The notes: generated by a model not told the origin, from the sequence alone. A DNA stretch of 32,000 nt from Alkanindiges sp. WGS2144 (GCF_043950625.1 NZ_CP171007.1), one strand, 5' to 3'; counted from the stretch's first letter, positions 1-11,205 are shown. Numbers and translations: made by a program.

Positions 1-989
1 AGGCTGCGCTAAGCAAAACCAAGCAGATTATTGTGCTGGATCACCAGAGCACGCCTACCGTACAGCAGGCGTCTATTGTGCTATCTGCTGCCAGCTTTGC
101 GGAGGGCGATGGCACAGTGGTCAGTCAGGAAGGTCGTGCCCAGCGTTACTTTCAGGTCTTTGATCCAGCTTATTACAATCCAGAAATCAGTATTAAAGAA
201 AGCTGGCGCTGGTTGCATGCTATCCATACTGGTATTCAGGGCAAGCCGATTGACTGGACAGTGCTGGATGATGTGGTTGAAAGCATTGCTACTAATATTC
301 CAGCACTTGAAGGTATTCTGGATGTGGCACCTGATGCAGGCTACCGTGTTCATGGCTTGAAGATTGCCCGTGAGCCGCGTCGCTATTCTGGTCGTACCGC
401 CATGCGTGCCGGAATTTCTGTGCATGAACCCAAGCAGCCGACTGATCCGGATTCGGCACTAGCATTCTCCATGGAAGGCTATGTAGGGCCGCAGGAAGCC
501 TCCTCTTTGATTCCATTTGCCTGGGCACCAGGCTGGAACTCGCCGCAAGCGTGGAACAAGTTTCAGGATGAAGTAGGGGGTCAATTAAAAGCCGGTGATC
601 CGGGCGTGCGACTGTTTGACCGGTTGCCCAAGCGCCCAGCACGCAGCTTTGTAGCACCTGCTGCTCTAATAGAGAGTCAAAATACCTATCGTCTGGTACC
701 GCTACATCATATTTTTGCTAGTGGCGAGATGATCATTCGTACGCCGGTAATGCAGTCGCGGATTCCGCAAGCTGCTTTTAGCGTGAGCCGTGATGATGCA
801 GAACGTTTAAATGTACAGCAGGGTCAGCGCATTACTGTAAAAGCTGGTGATGCGATAGTGAACCTGCCTGTAAATGTAGTGGACTATCTGCCTTATGGAT
901 GCGTGGGTTATCCGGTGGGACTTGCCCCCGTGGTCAGTTTAACCGATTCAATAGCTATCAGCATTGATGCTGCTGCGGTAGGAGTCTGA
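1..989 (+). CDS. nuoG: NADH-quinone oxidoreductase subunit G, C-terminal part (5' end outside window)
   Basis: Reading frame is open to the window edge (in-frame from nt 3: [15 protein letters not shown]...). The block [25 protein letters not shown] is typical of the NuoG C-terminal region. The stop at 987-989 abuts the nuoH ATG, and nuoH-N follow in canonical order. Confidence 0.9.
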   Translation, partial: AALSKTKQIIVLDHQSTPTVQQASIVLSAASFAEGDGTVVSQEGRAQRYFQVFDPAYYNPEISIKESWRWLHAIHTGIQGKPIDWTVLDDVVESIATNIPALEGILDVAPDAGYRVHGLKIAREPRRYSGRTAMRAGISVHEPKQPTDPDSALAFSMEGYVGPQEASSLIPFAWAPGWNSPQAWNKFQDEVGGQLKAGDPGVRLFDRLPKRPARSFVAPAALIESQNTYRLVPLHHIFASGEMIIRTPVMQSRIPQAAFSVSRDDAERLNVQQGQRITVKAGDAIVNLPVNVVDYLPYGCVGYPVGLAPVVSLTDSIAISIDAAAVGV

Positions 990-990
990 C

Positions 991-2010
991 ATGCGGGTTG
1001 ATCCTTCAGTTCCAACATTTTTGAACGATTACATGACCACCAGCCAGTGGCAAACTACTTTTATGGTGGTGCAGGCGGTAGTGATCTTGCTGGTCGTGGT
1101 GCTGTTTGCAGCACTGATGAGCTTTATTGAGCGCCGGCTGCTGGCATGGTGGCAGGATCGCTATGGCCCAAACCGGGTGGGTCCCGGTGGGATATTCCAG
1201 ATTGTTGCTGACATGCTTAAAATCATGTTCAAGGAAGACTGGACACCCAAATTTGCCGATAAAATGATTTTCCGGCTAGCGCCAGCAATTGCCATGGCAA
1301 CTGCCGTTTTATCATTCATGGTCATTCCAATTAGTCCCACGCTTGGTGTGGCAGACCTGGATATTGGGCTACTGTTCTTTATGGCAATGGCTGGTATTGC
1401 AGTCTATGCTGTACTGTTTGGTGGCTGGTCATCCAATAACAAATATTCATTGCTGGGTGGTCTACGTTCAGCGGCGCAGACCATTTCCTATGAGGTATTT
1501 CTGGGTTTATCCCTAATGGGTGTGGTGGCGATAGCTGGCTCATTTAACCTGCGCGATATTGTGGAATCGCAGCGTGATATGTGGAATATTATCCCGCAGT
1601 TTCTGGGCTTTTGTATTTTTGCCATTGCTGGTGTAGCGGTAACGCACCGTCATCCATTTGACCAGCCGGAAGCCGAACAGGAACTGGCTGAGGGTTATCA
1701 TATTGAATACGGCGGCATGAAGTGGGGTATGTTCTTTGTTGCCGAGTATGTCAACGTGGTGGTGATCTCTGCCCTGATCACGGTACTGTTTTTTGGTGGC
1801 TGGCTGGCTCCATTTAATATTGAAATTCCGTTTGTGCCGCCGGTTTTCTGGTTTGTGGTTAAAACACTGTTCTTTGTCATGATGTTTGTTCTGGCGCGTG
1901 GCTCGCTGATTCGTCCGCGTTATGACCAGGTAATGAACTTTGGCTGGAAAGCCTGTTTACCTTTAACCCTGGTAAACCTTCTGGTTACCGCCGCAGTGAT
2001 ATTGAGCTAG
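991..2010 (+). CDS. nuoH: NADH-quinone oxidoreductase subunit H (ND1 homologue)
   Basis: 339 aa polytopic protein with hallmark blocks [35 protein letters not shown] and [30 protein letters not shown] lies 6 nt upstream of ATG 991, one nt after the nuoG stop. Confidence 0.95.
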   Translation: MRVDPSVPTFLNDYMTTSQWQTTFMVVQAVVILLVVVLFAALMSFIERRLLAWWQDRYGPNRVGPGGIFQIVADMLKIMFKEDWTPKFADKMIFRLAPAIAMATAVLSFMVIPISPTLGVADLDIGLLFFMAMAGIAVYAVLFGGWSSNNKYSLLGGLRSAAQTISYEVFLGLSLMGVVAIAGSFNLRDIVESQRDMWNIIPQFLGFCIFAIAGVAVTHRHPFDQPEAEQELAEGYHIEYGGMKWGMFFVAEYVNVVVISALITVLFFGGWLAPFNIEIPFVPPVFWFVVKTLFFVMMFVLARGSLIRPRYDQVMNFGWKACLPLTLVNLLVTAAVILS

Positions 2011-2028
2011 GGAATAAGGAGCGCATTG

Positions 2029-2592
2029 ATGGCAAATATTCTGACTTCCCTGGGGAAGATTATTGTAGGGGCGGGCACAATTGTGCGTAGCCTGGTGATG
2101 GTATTTAGTCATGGCTTTAGAAAGCGCGATACCATCTTGTATCCGGAAGTACCAGCCGAGGAAATTGTACCGCCGCGCTATCGGGGCCGTATTATTCTAA
2201 CTCGTGATCCTGATGGGGAAGAGCGCTGTGTGGCCTGTAACCTGTGTGCGGTTGCCTGTCCGGTAAGTTGTATTTCATTACAAAAGGCTGAGCGAGAAGA
2301 CGGACGCTGGTATCCAGAGTTTTTCCGTATTAACTTTTCACGCTGTATCTTTTGCGGGATGTGTGAAGAAGCCTGTCCGACCACTGCAATTCAGCTTACC
2401 CCGGATTTCGAGATGGGTGAGTATGTCCGGCAGGATCTGGTGTATGAAAAACAGCATCTGTTAATTTCAGGGCCTGGCAAATATCCTGATTATAATTTTT
2501 ATCGGATTGCAGGTATGGCAATTGATGGTAAACCCAAAGGCGCAGCAGAAAAAGAATCAGCGCCAATTGACACACGGAGCCTGCTACCATGA
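2029..2592 (+). CDS. nuoI: NADH-quinone oxidoreductase subunit I (2x[4Fe-4S] ferredoxin-type)
   Basis: Two CxxCxxCxxxCP motifs ([24 protein letters not shown]). AAGGAG lies 7 nt upstream of ATG 2029; the ORF track starts one codon earlier at TTG 2026. Confidence 0.93.
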   Translation: MANILTSLGKIIVGAGTIVRSLVMVFSHGFRKRDTILYPEVPAEEIVPPRYRGRIILTRDPDGEERCVACNLCAVACPVSCISLQKAEREDGRWYPEFFRINFSRCIFCGMCEEACPTTAIQLTPDFEMGEYVRQDLVYEKQHLLISGPGKYPDYNFYRIAGMAIDGKPKGAAEKESAPIDTRSLLP

Positions 2593-3182
2593 TCTGGCCA
2601 TTTTATCTGATGGCCATCGTGGCCTTAATTGCAACGTTGCGGGTAGTCACCAACAGCAACCCGGTACATGCCCTGCTTAACCTGATTGTGTCTTTGCTGG
2701 CAGTGGCAGGAATCTTTTTTATCGTGGGTGCGCCATTTGCCGGTGCGCTGGAAGTGATTGTGTACGCCGGTGCCATCATGGTGCTGTTTGTGTTTGTGGT
2801 CATGATGCTTAATCTTGGTTCACAAACCAGCCAACAGGAAAAAGTCTGGCTTAATTCTGCGGCCTGGACAGTACCCGCATTGCTAACCTTTTTACTGGGC
2901 TTGGCACTGGTCTGGATGCTGACTTTTGGTGATACCAGTGCGCATCCGAATCTGGCAACCCAGCCGGTTGGCCCAAAACAGGTAGGTATTGCCCTGTTTG
3001 GTCCTTACTTACTGCTGGTGGAGGTGGCGGCGCTATTACTACTGGCGGCGCTGGTGGCTGGTTTTCATCTGGGCAAGCGTGAACCGGATTTATCAGATTC
3101 AAATGAGGCAGGAGCGCTGGAACTTAACCAGTCTGGCCTGAACAAACCTGCCGCAGAAAAGCAGAGCGAGGTGCAACCATGA
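2589..3182 (+). CDS. nuoJ: NADH-quinone oxidoreductase subunit J (ND6 homologue)
   Basis: 197 aa hydrophobic protein in the J position of the operon, with an ATGA start/stop overlap with nuoI. It has a hydrophilic C-terminal tail. Confidence 0.9.
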   Translation: MIWPFYLMAIVALIATLRVVTNSNPVHALLNLIVSLLAVAGIFFIVGAPFAGALEVIVYAGAIMVLFVFVVMMLNLGSQTSQQEKVWLNSAAWTVPALLTFLLGLALVWMLTFGDTSAHPNLATQPVGPKQVGIALFGPYLLLVEVAALLLLAALVAGFHLGKREPDLSDSNEAGALELNQSGLNKPAAEKQSEVQP

Positions 3183-3490
3183 TGGCTGCAATTCCTTTAG
3201 AACACGGGCTGATCCTGGCAACTTTATTGTTTGCACTGGGCTTGTATGGCGTGATGGTGCGTCGCAACCTCATGTTTATGCTCATGAGCCTGGAGATCAT
3301 GATGAATGCTGCCGCATTGGCTTTTGTACTGGCGGGCAGTGTCTGGGGGCAGCCGGATGGTCAGATCATGTTTATCCTGATTCTGACACTTGCTGCAGCC
3401 GAGGCCTGTATTGGCCTGGCAATCGTGCTTCAATTTTATCATCGCTTCCAGCATCTGGACGTTGATGCAGCCAGTGAGATGCGCGGATGA
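3179..3490 (+). CDS. nuoK: NADH-quinone oxidoreductase subunit K (ND4L homologue)
   Basis: 103 aa with 3 predicted TM segments carrying membrane-embedded Glu residues ([20 protein letters not shown]). ATGA overlaps on both sides (nuoJ and nuoL). Confidence 0.92.
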   Translation: MMAAIPLEHGLILATLLFALGLYGVMVRRNLMFMLMSLEIMMNAAALAFVLAGSVWGQPDGQIMFILILTLAAAEACIGLAIVLQFYHRFQHLDVDAASEMRG

Positions 3491-5364
3491 GCCTACTGTT
3501 TTTAACTTTTATCTTTCCGCTAATTGGCTTTCTTTTACTGGCTGGTTTGCGTGACCAAATTTCTGAGAAACTTGCGGCCATTATTGGTGTGGGCGCTATG
3601 GGTTTGTCAGCACTGACTGCTGCTTATGTGGCGGTAGACTTTCTAAATAGTGATTTGCCTAGTGGCTACTACCATCAGATCCTGTGGACATGGATGCAAA
3701 TAGGTGATTTTAGCCCTAATTTTGGCTTACAGCTGGATGGTCTGTCACTGGTCATGCTGGGCATGATTACCGGTGTAGGCTTTTTAATTCACCTGTTTGC
3801 CTCATGGTATATGCGCGGCGAAGAAGGCTTTGCCCGGTTTTTCTCCTATTTCAACCTGTTTGTGGTCAGCATGTTGCTACTGGTACTGGGCGATAACCTG
3901 TTGCTGCTATTTTTGGGTTGGGAAGGGGTAGGGCTGTGTTCCTACCTGCTTATTGGCTTTTATTTTAAAAATCCGAATAACGGTTTTGCTGCCATTAAGG
4001 CGTTTACGGTAACCCGTGTGGGTGACGTGCTGCTGTTAATTGGCATGTTTATGTTGTTTCGTGAGTTTGGTACGCTGGATATTTATGAAATCACGGTACG
4101 TGCCCCTGAAGTATTAAGCAGTGGTAGCCCGACAGTAACATGGGCCTGTTTGATGTTGCTGGGCGGTGCAGTGGGCAAGTCAGCACAGTTACCGCTACAA
4201 ACGTGGCTTGCTGATGCGATGGCTGGCCCAACGCCGGTATCTGCATTAATCCATGCGGCCACCATGGTAACGGCGGGTGTGTATCTGGTTGCCCGTATGC
4301 ATCCGGTGTTTGAGCTAGCACCCAATGTATTGTACCTAACAGGAATTATCGGGGCGGTGACGCTGCTATTGGCCGGTTTTGCAGCACTGGTTCAAACAGA
4401 TATCAAACGGGTGCTGGCTTATTCAACCATGAGCCAGTTGGGCTATATGTTTTTGGCACTGGGTGCAACCGCGTATCAGGCGGCTGTGTTCCATATGCTG
4501 ACCCATGCGTTTTTTAAGGCCTTACTATTCTTGTCTTCCGGCGCAGTGATTATTGCCTGTCATCACGAGCAAAATATTTTCAAAATGGGCGGATTGTGGA
4601 AAAAAATTCCGTTCGTCTATGTTTGTTTTCTGGTAGGCGGTGGCGCACTGGCAGCCTTACCGTTTATTACGGTGGGCTTTTACTCCAAAGATGAAATTCT
4701 GTGGCAAGCCTGGGCGGCTGGTCATCCCGAGTTATTCTGGGTAGGGGTAATTGGTGCATTCCTAACTTCTATTTATACCTTCCGCCTGATCTGGCTGGTA
4801 TTCCATGGCGAAGAAAAAACCCAGGCACATTCTATTTCAGGAATCAGCTACTGGCTGCCACTGGGTGTGCTATTAGTGCTTTCCACGTTTGTTGGTGCAT
4901 TGCTACAGCAACCGGTTGGGCAGGTGCTAAGCAGGGTATTGCCCGAGTTTGTAGTCAATGCCGCTGTGGCTCATGATCAGCATTTTGTTGAGTTTACTGC
5001 CGTTGGGGTAGCGTTGCTGGGTATTGTGGTTGGTATTGTCCTGTTTGCATTGAAGTATGATGCGGTCAAAAAAATGGCCAATACCTCATTTGGCGCAGGG
5101 GTTGCTCATCTATGGCGTAATGCCTGGGGCTTTGATGCCTTGTATAGCCTGATATTTGTCAGACCGTATTTATTCATTGCCCGCTTGCTGGGCCGTGATC
5201 CGGTTGACCGTGCCTGGAGTGTATTCCCCGCTTTGGTGAAAGCAGGCAACACTGTCAGTACAAAGCGCCAGACTGGTTCATTACGTGGTTATGCTGCCGG
5301 GATTACTTTTGGCGCAGTGATATTATTCATGATCCTTATTGTGATTCAGGTACTGGGGAAATAA
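3487..5364 (+). CDS. nuoL: NADH-quinone oxidoreductase subunit L (ND5, antiporter-like)
   Basis: 625 aa Mrp-antiporter-like subunit with blocks [51 protein letters not shown] and [14 protein letters not shown]. The C-terminal extension is consistent with the lateral helix. Confidence 0.95.
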   Translation: MSLLFLTFIFPLIGFLLLAGLRDQISEKLAAIIGVGAMGLSALTAAYVAVDFLNSDLPSGYYHQILWTWMQIGDFSPNFGLQLDGLSLVMLGMITGVGFLIHLFASWYMRGEEGFARFFSYFNLFVVSMLLLVLGDNLLLLFLGWEGVGLCSYLLIGFYFKNPNNGFAAIKAFTVTRVGDVLLLIGMFMLFREFGTLDIYEITVRAPEVLSSGSPTVTWACLMLLGGAVGKSAQLPLQTWLADAMAGPTPVSALIHAATMVTAGVYLVARMHPVFELAPNVLYLTGIIGAVTLLLAGFAALVQTDIKRVLAYSTMSQLGYMFLALGATAYQAAVFHMLTHAFFKALLFLSSGAVIIACHHEQNIFKMGGLWKKIPFVYVCFLVGGGALAALPFITVGFYSKDEILWQAWAAGHPELFWVGVIGAFLTSIYTFRLIWLVFHGEEKTQAHSISGISYWLPLGVLLVLSTFVGALLQQPVGQVLSRVLPEFVVNAAVAHDQHFVEFTAVGVALLGIVVGIVLFALKYDAVKKMANTSFGAGVAHLWRNAWGFDALYSLIFVRPYLFIARLLGRDPVDRAWSVFPALVKAGNTVSTKRQTGSLRGYAAGITFGAVILFMILIVIQVLGK

Positions 5365-5365
5365 G

Positions 5366-6973
5366 ATGCAGGAAATTTCAACTCCAAATAACCTGATTTT
5401 GCCTGCACTGATCTTGATTCCCTTTGTGGCAGGCTTTCTGTGCTGGGTGTTTGAAAAGATTAGTATTCGGGCGCCTCGCTGGATTGCCTTGCTTGGCATG
5501 ATCGTTACTTTTGCCCTGACTATCCAGTTGTGGATGACAGGCTACTATGGCGAAACTACTTCTATTGTGGTACAGCCAGGGATTGCGCCAGTGTGGCAGG
5601 CACAATTTGATGTGCCATGGATTCCCATGCTGGGCATTCATTTTCATCTGGCACTGGATGGCTTGTCGCTGCTGATGGTCGCCCTCACAGCCTTGCTGGG
5701 CATACTGGCGGTGGGCTGTTCCTGGGGTGAGATCCAGAAAAATGTCGGTTTCTTTCATCTAAATCTGCTGTGGAGTCTGGGTGGTGTCATTGGGGTGTTC
5801 CTCGCCATTGACATGTTCCTGTTCTTCTTCTTCTGGGAAATGATGCTGGTGCCAATCTATTTCCTGATTGCACTATGGGGGCATTCTGGTTCCACCGGAC
5901 GCTCGCGGGTGTATGCTGCCACCAAGTTCTTTATCTATACCCAGGCTTCTGGCCTGATTATGCTGGTAGGCATTTTAACGCTGGTTCTGATTAACTTTAC
6001 CCAGACCAATGAGCTGTCCTTTAACTACATGGATTTGCTGGGAACCACGCTGCCGTATGGTTTTGAGTACGGCCTGATGCTGTGTTTCTTTATTGCCTTT
6101 GCAGTAAAACTACCAGTAGTGCCATTTCATGGCTGGCTGCCTGATGCACACGCGCAGGCTCCTACAGCAGGTTCTGTAGATCTGGCAGGTATCCTGATTA
6201 AAACAGCAGCTTATGGTTTACTACGTTTTGTATTGCCATTATTCCCGCACGCATCGGCAGATTTTGCCAATATTGCCATTATTCTTGGTCTGATTGGAAT
6301 TTTTTATGGTGCCTGGCTGGCCTATCAGCAAACCGATATGAAGCGCCTGCTGGCCTATACCAGTGTTTCCCATATGGGCTTTATTTTGCTGGCCATTTAT
6401 ACCGGTAATCTGGTCACCCTACAGGGCGTAATGATTATGATGCTGGCACATGGCTTGTCGTCTGCTGCCCTGTTCATTATGGCAGGTCAGGTGTATGAGC
6501 GCTTGCATACCCGGGATTTGCGCCTGATGGGTGGCATGTGGGGTCAGTTCCGTTACTTGCCGTTTTTCCTGATGTTCTTTGCAACCGCACTCATGGGTAT
6601 TCCGGGCACTGGCAATTTTGTGGCAGAGTTCCTGATTCTGATTGGCTCGTTTAAGGATTATCCGGTATTTGTGGTTCTGGCGACCATCAGTCTGGTTATG
6701 GCGGGTCTTTATACCCTGATCATGATTCATAAAGCCATGTTTGGTCAGCCACACGAATCACAACGCCAGCTGGTTCAGCCTTTAAAAGATTTAAATGCCC
6801 GTGAAGCGGCCATGTTGCTGGTGATGGCAATAGGCTTAATTTGGCTTGGCTTATTCCCGCAGGATGTATTGAATACTTCACATTTAAGTATGCAGTGGTT
6901 AAGTAATTCTTATCAGTATCCACTATTTAGTACACCTGATATTTCATCAGTCAACGGCGTGGAGATGCAGTAA
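5366..6973 (+). CDS. nuoM: NADH-quinone oxidoreductase subunit M (ND4, antiporter-like)
   Basis: 535 aa with blocks FFFWEMMLVPIYFLIALWG, KLPVVPFHGWLPDAHAQAPTAGSVDLAGILIKTAAYG and LLAYTSVSHMGF. The ATG lies 1 nt after the nuoL stop. Confidence 0.95.
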   Translation: MQEISTPNNLILPALILIPFVAGFLCWVFEKISIRAPRWIALLGMIVTFALTIQLWMTGYYGETTSIVVQPGIAPVWQAQFDVPWIPMLGIHFHLALDGLSLLMVALTALLGILAVGCSWGEIQKNVGFFHLNLLWSLGGVIGVFLAIDMFLFFFFWEMMLVPIYFLIALWGHSGSTGRSRVYAATKFFIYTQASGLIMLVGILTLVLINFTQTNELSFNYMDLLGTTLPYGFEYGLMLCFFIAFAVKLPVVPFHGWLPDAHAQAPTAGSVDLAGILIKTAAYGLLRFVLPLFPHASADFANIAIILGLIGIFYGAWLAYQQTDMKRLLAYTSVSHMGFILLAIYTGNLVTLQGVMIMMLAHGLSSAALFIMAGQVYERLHTRDLRLMGGMWGQFRYLPFFLMFFATALMGIPGTGNFVAEFLILIGSFKDYPVFVVLATISLVMAGLYTLIMIHKAMFGQPHESQRQLVQPLKDLNAREAAMLLVMAIGLIWLGLFPQDVLNTSHLSMQWLSNSYQYPLFSTPDISSVNGVEMQ

Positions 6974-6976
6974 GCC

Positions 6977-8521
6977 ATGAATATGATTTCTACACTCATG
7001 CCCTTGACACCCATGATTATTGTCGGTCTGACCGCAGTTCTGGTGATGTTGCTGGTGGCCGTCAAGCGCCAGCATGACCTGATTGCCACAGTGACAGTCA
7101 TTGGTCTAAATATTGCTTTCATTAGCCTGTTTTGGCAGGGCTTTAGCCAGTATTCTACAGTGTTGGCTTCCATGCCTGTGGAGCAACTGCAATACATTAC
7201 TTTCTCAGATAAAGTAGAGTTGTTCATGCGTGTTAGCATGCAGGCGCATAACGTGATGGGTCTGTTTGTTATAGATGGTTTTGCCTTGTTTAACATGGCA
7301 TTAATCCTGATTGCTGCGCTGGCCTGCTGTACACTTGCCCATGCTTACATTGCGAGCTATACCAGCAACCGTGAGGAGCTATATATCCTGCTGCTGATTG
7401 CGGTGGCAGGTGGCATGGCGCTGGCAGCAAGTAGTCATATGACGTCATTCTTTTTGAGTCTTGAGCTGCTGTCGGTGCCTATTTACGGTATGCTGGCCTA
7501 TACCCATGAGCGTAGCAAGTCGCTGGAATCCGGTATTAAATATCTGGTGCTATCAGCTACTGCGTCTGCGGCTTTATTAATGGGTATGGCTTTTCTCTAC
7601 GCCTACACCGGCACCATGGATTTTCGTGATCTAGGTCAGGTAGTTGCCCAGGTAGTGCATGAACCGATTGTAGTGATGGGGTTAGGGCTGATCGTAGTCG
7701 CCATTGCCTTTAAATTGTCGCTGGCTCCGTTTCATGCCTGGACACCGGATGTGTATCAGGGTGCGCCTGCGCCTATGGCAACCTTTCTGGCTACCGTCAG
7801 CAAAGTAGCCATGCTGGCTGTGGCGCTGCGCTTTTTGCTGGTCTCAGCGTCTTTGGCGCTGGACGGAGTGGTGACCGTACTTACCATTATTGCGGTGCTA
7901 TCCATTTTGGTGGGTAACCTGCTGGCGGTACGTCAGGTCAACCTAAAGCGCTTGCTGGGCTATTCTTCTATTGCTCATTTTGGCTATATACTGGTTGCCA
8001 TTATTTGCCTGGGTGTATCGTCGGTAGCCACGGTAAATATTTATATTGTGACCTATGTGCTGACTACCATCGGGGCGTTTGGTGCGGTTGCCTTGATGTC
8101 CAGTCCTTATGGCAGTAATGATGCAGAGTCCATTGCTGACTACCGTGGCCTGTTCTGGCGTCGTCCGGTGCTCACTGCGGTGCTCACTGTGATGATGCTG
8201 TCACTAGCGGGTATTCCGCTGACTGCCGGCTTTATTGGCAAGTTCTTTGTGGTCATGGCGGCAGTACAAAATATGAGCTGGTTCCTGGCCGCTATGGTTA
8301 TCGTAGGTAGCGCCATTGGCTTGTATTATTACTTGCGGGTGATGGTGGTACTTTATATGACACCGCCAGATACACCACGTATTGATGCACAGACTAACTG
8401 GGGTGTGAGAGCTGGTGGGATTATGGTGCTGCTGACTTCACTTCTGGTGTTATTACTGGGTGTATATCCACAGCCCCTCATTAAGCTGGCTGCAATTGCG
8501 CAGATTGTGGTCATGCAATAA
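6977..8521 (+). CDS. nuoN: NADH-quinone oxidoreductase subunit N (ND2, antiporter-like), with an extended TM2-TM3 loop
   Basis: 514 aa with blocks FKLSLAPFHAWTPDVYQGAPAPMATFLATVSK and LLGYSSIAHFGY. It is the last gene of the operon and is followed by an intrinsic terminator. Confidence 0.95.
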   Translation: MNMISTLMPLTPMIIVGLTAVLVMLLVAVKRQHDLIATVTVIGLNIAFISLFWQGFSQYSTVLASMPVEQLQYITFSDKVELFMRVSMQAHNVMGLFVIDGFALFNMALILIAALACCTLAHAYIASYTSNREELYILLLIAVAGGMALAASSHMTSFFLSLELLSVPIYGMLAYTHERSKSLESGIKYLVLSATASAALLMGMAFLYAYTGTMDFRDLGQVVAQVVHEPIVVMGLGLIVVAIAFKLSLAPFHAWTPDVYQGAPAPMATFLATVSKVAMLAVALRFLLVSASLALDGVVTVLTIIAVLSILVGNLLAVRQVNLKRLLGYSSIAHFGYILVAIICLGVSSVATVNIYIVTYVLTTIGAFGAVALMSSPYGSNDAESIADYRGLFWRRPVLTAVLTVMMLSLAGIPLTAGFIGKFFVVMAAVQNMSWFLAAMVIVGSAIGLYYYLRVMVVLYMTPPDTPRIDAQTNWGVRAGGIMVLLTSLLVLLLGVYPQPLIKLAAIAQIVVMQ

Positions 8522-8558
8522 CCACACCTGATTCACCTCAAAGCTATTTTAGCTAACA

Positions 8559-8586
8559 ATGCCTCAACCTGTTTGGGGCATTTTTA
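8559..8586 (+). terminator. Rho-independent terminator of the nuo operon
   Basis: 9-bp stem ATGCCTCAA / TTGGGGCAT (one G-U pair), 5-nt loop CCTGT, then TTTT. It lies 38 nt after the nuoN stop. Confidence 0.75.
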
Positions 8587-8647
8587 GTTTAGGGGTGAAG
8601 AATTTTTGTATTATCATGATGCGTTTTAAAGCCAGTAGCGTATCGAT

Positions 8648-9301
8648 ATGCCCATTCTTGAAATCCGTCATCCGCTGATCCGTCATAAACTTGGTCTGAT
8701 GCGTCGTACTGATATCAGTACCAAAAATTTTAGGGAGTTGGCGCAGGAAATTGCCGCTTTACTTAGCTATGAAGCTACTAAAGACTTGCCGCTGGAAGAC
8801 AGTGTGATTGAAGGCTGGGCAGGCGAAGTGAATATACAGCGCATTGCTGGTAAAAAAATCACTATTGTGCCGATCCTTCGAGCAGGCATTGGCATGCTTG
8901 ATGGCGTACTTAGCCTGATTCCAAGTGCCAAGGTGAGTGTGCTGGGTCTGGAGCGTAATGAAGAAACCCTGGAGGCACGTAGCTATCTGGAAAAACTGGC
9001 ACCTGATATTCATGCGCGACTAGCGCTGATTATTGATCCCATGCTGGCAACCGGGAATTCGCTGGTGGCCGCGATTGATTTACTTAAGCAGGCAGGTTGT
9101 AAGGAAATTCGGGTGATGGTACTGGTCGCTGCTCCGGAGGGTATTGCCAATTTGCAAAACCACCATCCAGAAGTTAGAGTCTATACAGCGTCTATTGATC
9201 AGGGGCTGGATAAAAACAGCTATATTGTCCCAGGACTTGGCGATGCTGGTGATAAAATATTTGGCACCACTCAAAAGAAAATTATGTTTAGCCAGCCTTA
9301 G
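8648..9301 (+). CDS. upp: Uracil phosphoribosyltransferase
   Basis: 217 aa with the hallmark N-terminus [19 protein letters not shown], the PRPP-binding loop [12 protein letters not shown] and [16 protein letters not shown] near the C-terminus. Confidence 0.95.
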   Translation: MPILEIRHPLIRHKLGLMRRTDISTKNFRELAQEIAALLSYEATKDLPLEDSVIEGWAGEVNIQRIAGKKITIVPILRAGIGMLDGVLSLIPSAKVSVLGLERNEETLEARSYLEKLAPDIHARLALIIDPMLATGNSLVAAIDLLKQAGCKEIRVMVLVAAPEGIANLQNHHPEVRVYTASIDQGLDKNSYIVPGLGDAGDKIFGTTQKKIMFSQP

Positions 9302-9331
9302 ACTCTCTGATTGGTAACTTTGTCAAGTTAA

Positions 9332-9372
9332 AGCCTGTGGGTTCAATTGCAGTGAATTTAAACCCACAGGCT
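9332..9372. terminator. Perfect 12-bp hairpin between convergent upp and the LysR gene (possible bidirectional terminator, no clear U-tract)
   Basis: AGCCTGTGGGTT (9332-9343) pairs with AACCCACAGGCT (9361-9372) across a 17-nt loop. Flanks are only weakly A/T-rich, so terminator function is inferred from position alone. Confidence 0.45.
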
Positions 9373-9467
9373 GATTCTAAAAAATGGGCTTGACTGGATG
9401 CGTGCTGTGGCAACTGTATGCATGCGGGGCAAGGCGCTGCTTTGAACAACTATTCTAAAAAGTGAGA

Positions 9468-10355
9468 TCAAGTGTTATTTTTACGACAAAATTCCATAAA
9501 AGCCTTTAAGCCCGGGCCTTTATATTTTTGACGATGCACCAGCATGAATAATGGGCGCTTGAGTACCCAAAATGGTGTATCCAGAATGACCAGCTGACCT
9601 TCGTTAGCCAAGGGTTCAATTGCCAGACGTGATACACAGGCCACGCCCAGTCCACCTGCCACAACTTTTAAAATGGCTTCGTTATGCCCCAGCGTTAGGC
9701 GCAGTTTGGCATTGGGCAGGTCTTTGAGCATGATATTGTCAAATACTTCGCGGGTACCTGAGCCAGTTTCACGCAAAATCCAGTCAATATCCTCAAAGTC
9801 ACTTAGTTTTAATGGTCGATCCAGCTGGGCTAAAGGGTGCTGTGGCGCACAGCAAACCGCCAGTTCGTCGTCGCGCCATGGAAAGGCCTGCAATTGCGGT
9901 AAATGACAAGAACCTTCGATCAGCCCCAAATCCAGCTGAAACTGGCTAATGGCTTCAATAATCTGGCGTGTATTGCCAACCTGCAATTGCAATTGTGCCT
10001 GTGGTTGTAGCTTTAAAAAATCGGCCATTAAATCGGGCATCAAATAATCGCTAATGGTTAAGGTGGCACCAAGCCGCAAATCAATAGTTTGCATTTCACC
10101 TTGCGCTGCCTGCTCAAATGCTTCACAGCGACCCAGAATTTCCAATGCCTGTGGTAGCAAAAAACGGCCTAAATCATTAAGCTGCAAGCGCTTGCCCAAG
10201 CGATCAAACAGGGGCGCACCCAGGGCATCTTCCAGATCGGCCAGTGCCATACTGGCAGCACTTTGAGTTAGGCGAACGGCATCACTGGCACGGGTTACGG
10301 TGCCTTCTTGGGCAACGGCGACAAATACGGCCAATTGTCTGAGTGTCATGCGCAT
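9468..10355 (-). CDS. LysR-family transcriptional regulator, divergent from fpr
   Basis: N-terminal LysR-type wHTH (MTLRQLAVFVAVAQEGTVTRASDAVRLTQSAASMALADLE) plus a ~200 aa co-inducer domain. ATG 10355 has AAGG about 8 nt upstream; the ORF track extends to an upstream TTG at 10382. Confidence 0.88.
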   Translation of the reverse strand: MRMTLRQLAVFVAVAQEGTVTRASDAVRLTQSAASMALADLEDALGAPLFDRLGKRLQLNDLGRFLLPQALEILGRCEAFEQAAQGEMQTIDLRLGATLTISDYLMPDLMADFLKLQPQAQLQLQVGNTRQIIEAISQFQLDLGLIEGSCHLPQLQAFPWRDDELAVCCAPQHPLAQLDRPLKLSDFEDIDWILRETGSGTREVFDNIMLKDLPNAKLRLTLGHNEAILKVVAGGLGVACVSRLAIEPLANEGQLVILDTPFWVLKRPLFMLVHRQKYKGPGLKAFMEFCRKNNT

Positions 10356-10443
10356 GGAATATACCTTTTGTAAAACGGCCAACAGGAACGATACAGATAC
10401 ATGCTACCATTGCCAAGCCTGATAGAGATATAAGTAAGCTGTT

Positions 10444-11205
10444 ATGAACGAAGAAAAATTTACCCGCGAAACCGTTTTGTCAGTAAGGCGCTGGAGTGAC
10501 AACCTGTTTAGCTTTGTACTGACTCGGCCTACGCATTTTCGGTTTACTGCCGGACAGTTTGCCCGTATTGGCATTGAAGTGGAAGAGCAGCAGATTTTTC
10601 GGGCCTATTCGATGGTGTCGTCGCCATTTGCTGAACAGCTGGAGTTTTTTTCCATTGTGGTGCCGGATGGTGCTTTTACTTCACGTTTACAGCACTTACA
10701 GCCGGGTGATCAATTATTGCTTGAAAAAGTGCCTTATGGTTTTTTGACGCTGGCTCGTTATCAAAAACCCTTGCCGCAGGATCTATGGCTGCTAGCAACC
10801 GGAACTGGCCTTGCGCCATTTTTGTCCATGCTACAGGATTTTGAACCCTGGCAGCAATATCAGCAGATTATACTGGCCTATAGTGTGCGCTGTCGTTCAG
10901 AGCTGGCTTATGAGCATGAGATTGCCCAGTTGGCACAGGATTTTGGTGAAGGTGGTGCTCGCTTTACGTTTTTACCGATTATTACCCGCGAAACTGGGGC
11001 TGCCTTAAACCAGCGCCTGCCGGTATTGATTGCAAATGGCCAGCTTGAGCAGGCGGCGGGACTGGAATTAAACCTAGAGAGCAGCCATGTCATGCTATGT
11101 GGTAACCCACAAATGGTCGAGGATACCCGCAATGCGCTCAAGGCACGCGGTTTAACCATGAACCGGCGCGGAGAGGGGAATGTGGCGGTAGAAAACTACT
11201 GGTAA
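10444..11205 (+). CDS. fpr: Ferredoxin/flavodoxin-NADP+ reductase
   Basis: 253 aa with the FAD-binding RAYS motif (FRAYSMVSSP), the NADP-binding ATGTGLAPF motif, and a terminal aromatic residue (...VAVENYW) as in E. coli-type Fpr. Confidence 0.9.
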   Translation: MNEEKFTRETVLSVRRWSDNLFSFVLTRPTHFRFTAGQFARIGIEVEEQQIFRAYSMVSSPFAEQLEFFSIVVPDGAFTSRLQHLQPGDQLLLEKVPYGFLTLARYQKPLPQDLWLLATGTGLAPFLSMLQDFEPWQQYQQIILAYSVRCRSELAYEHEIAQLAQDFGEGGARFTFLPIITRETGAALNQRLPVLIANGQLEQAAGLELNLESSHVMLCGNPQMVEDTRNALKARGLTMNRRGEGNVAVENYW

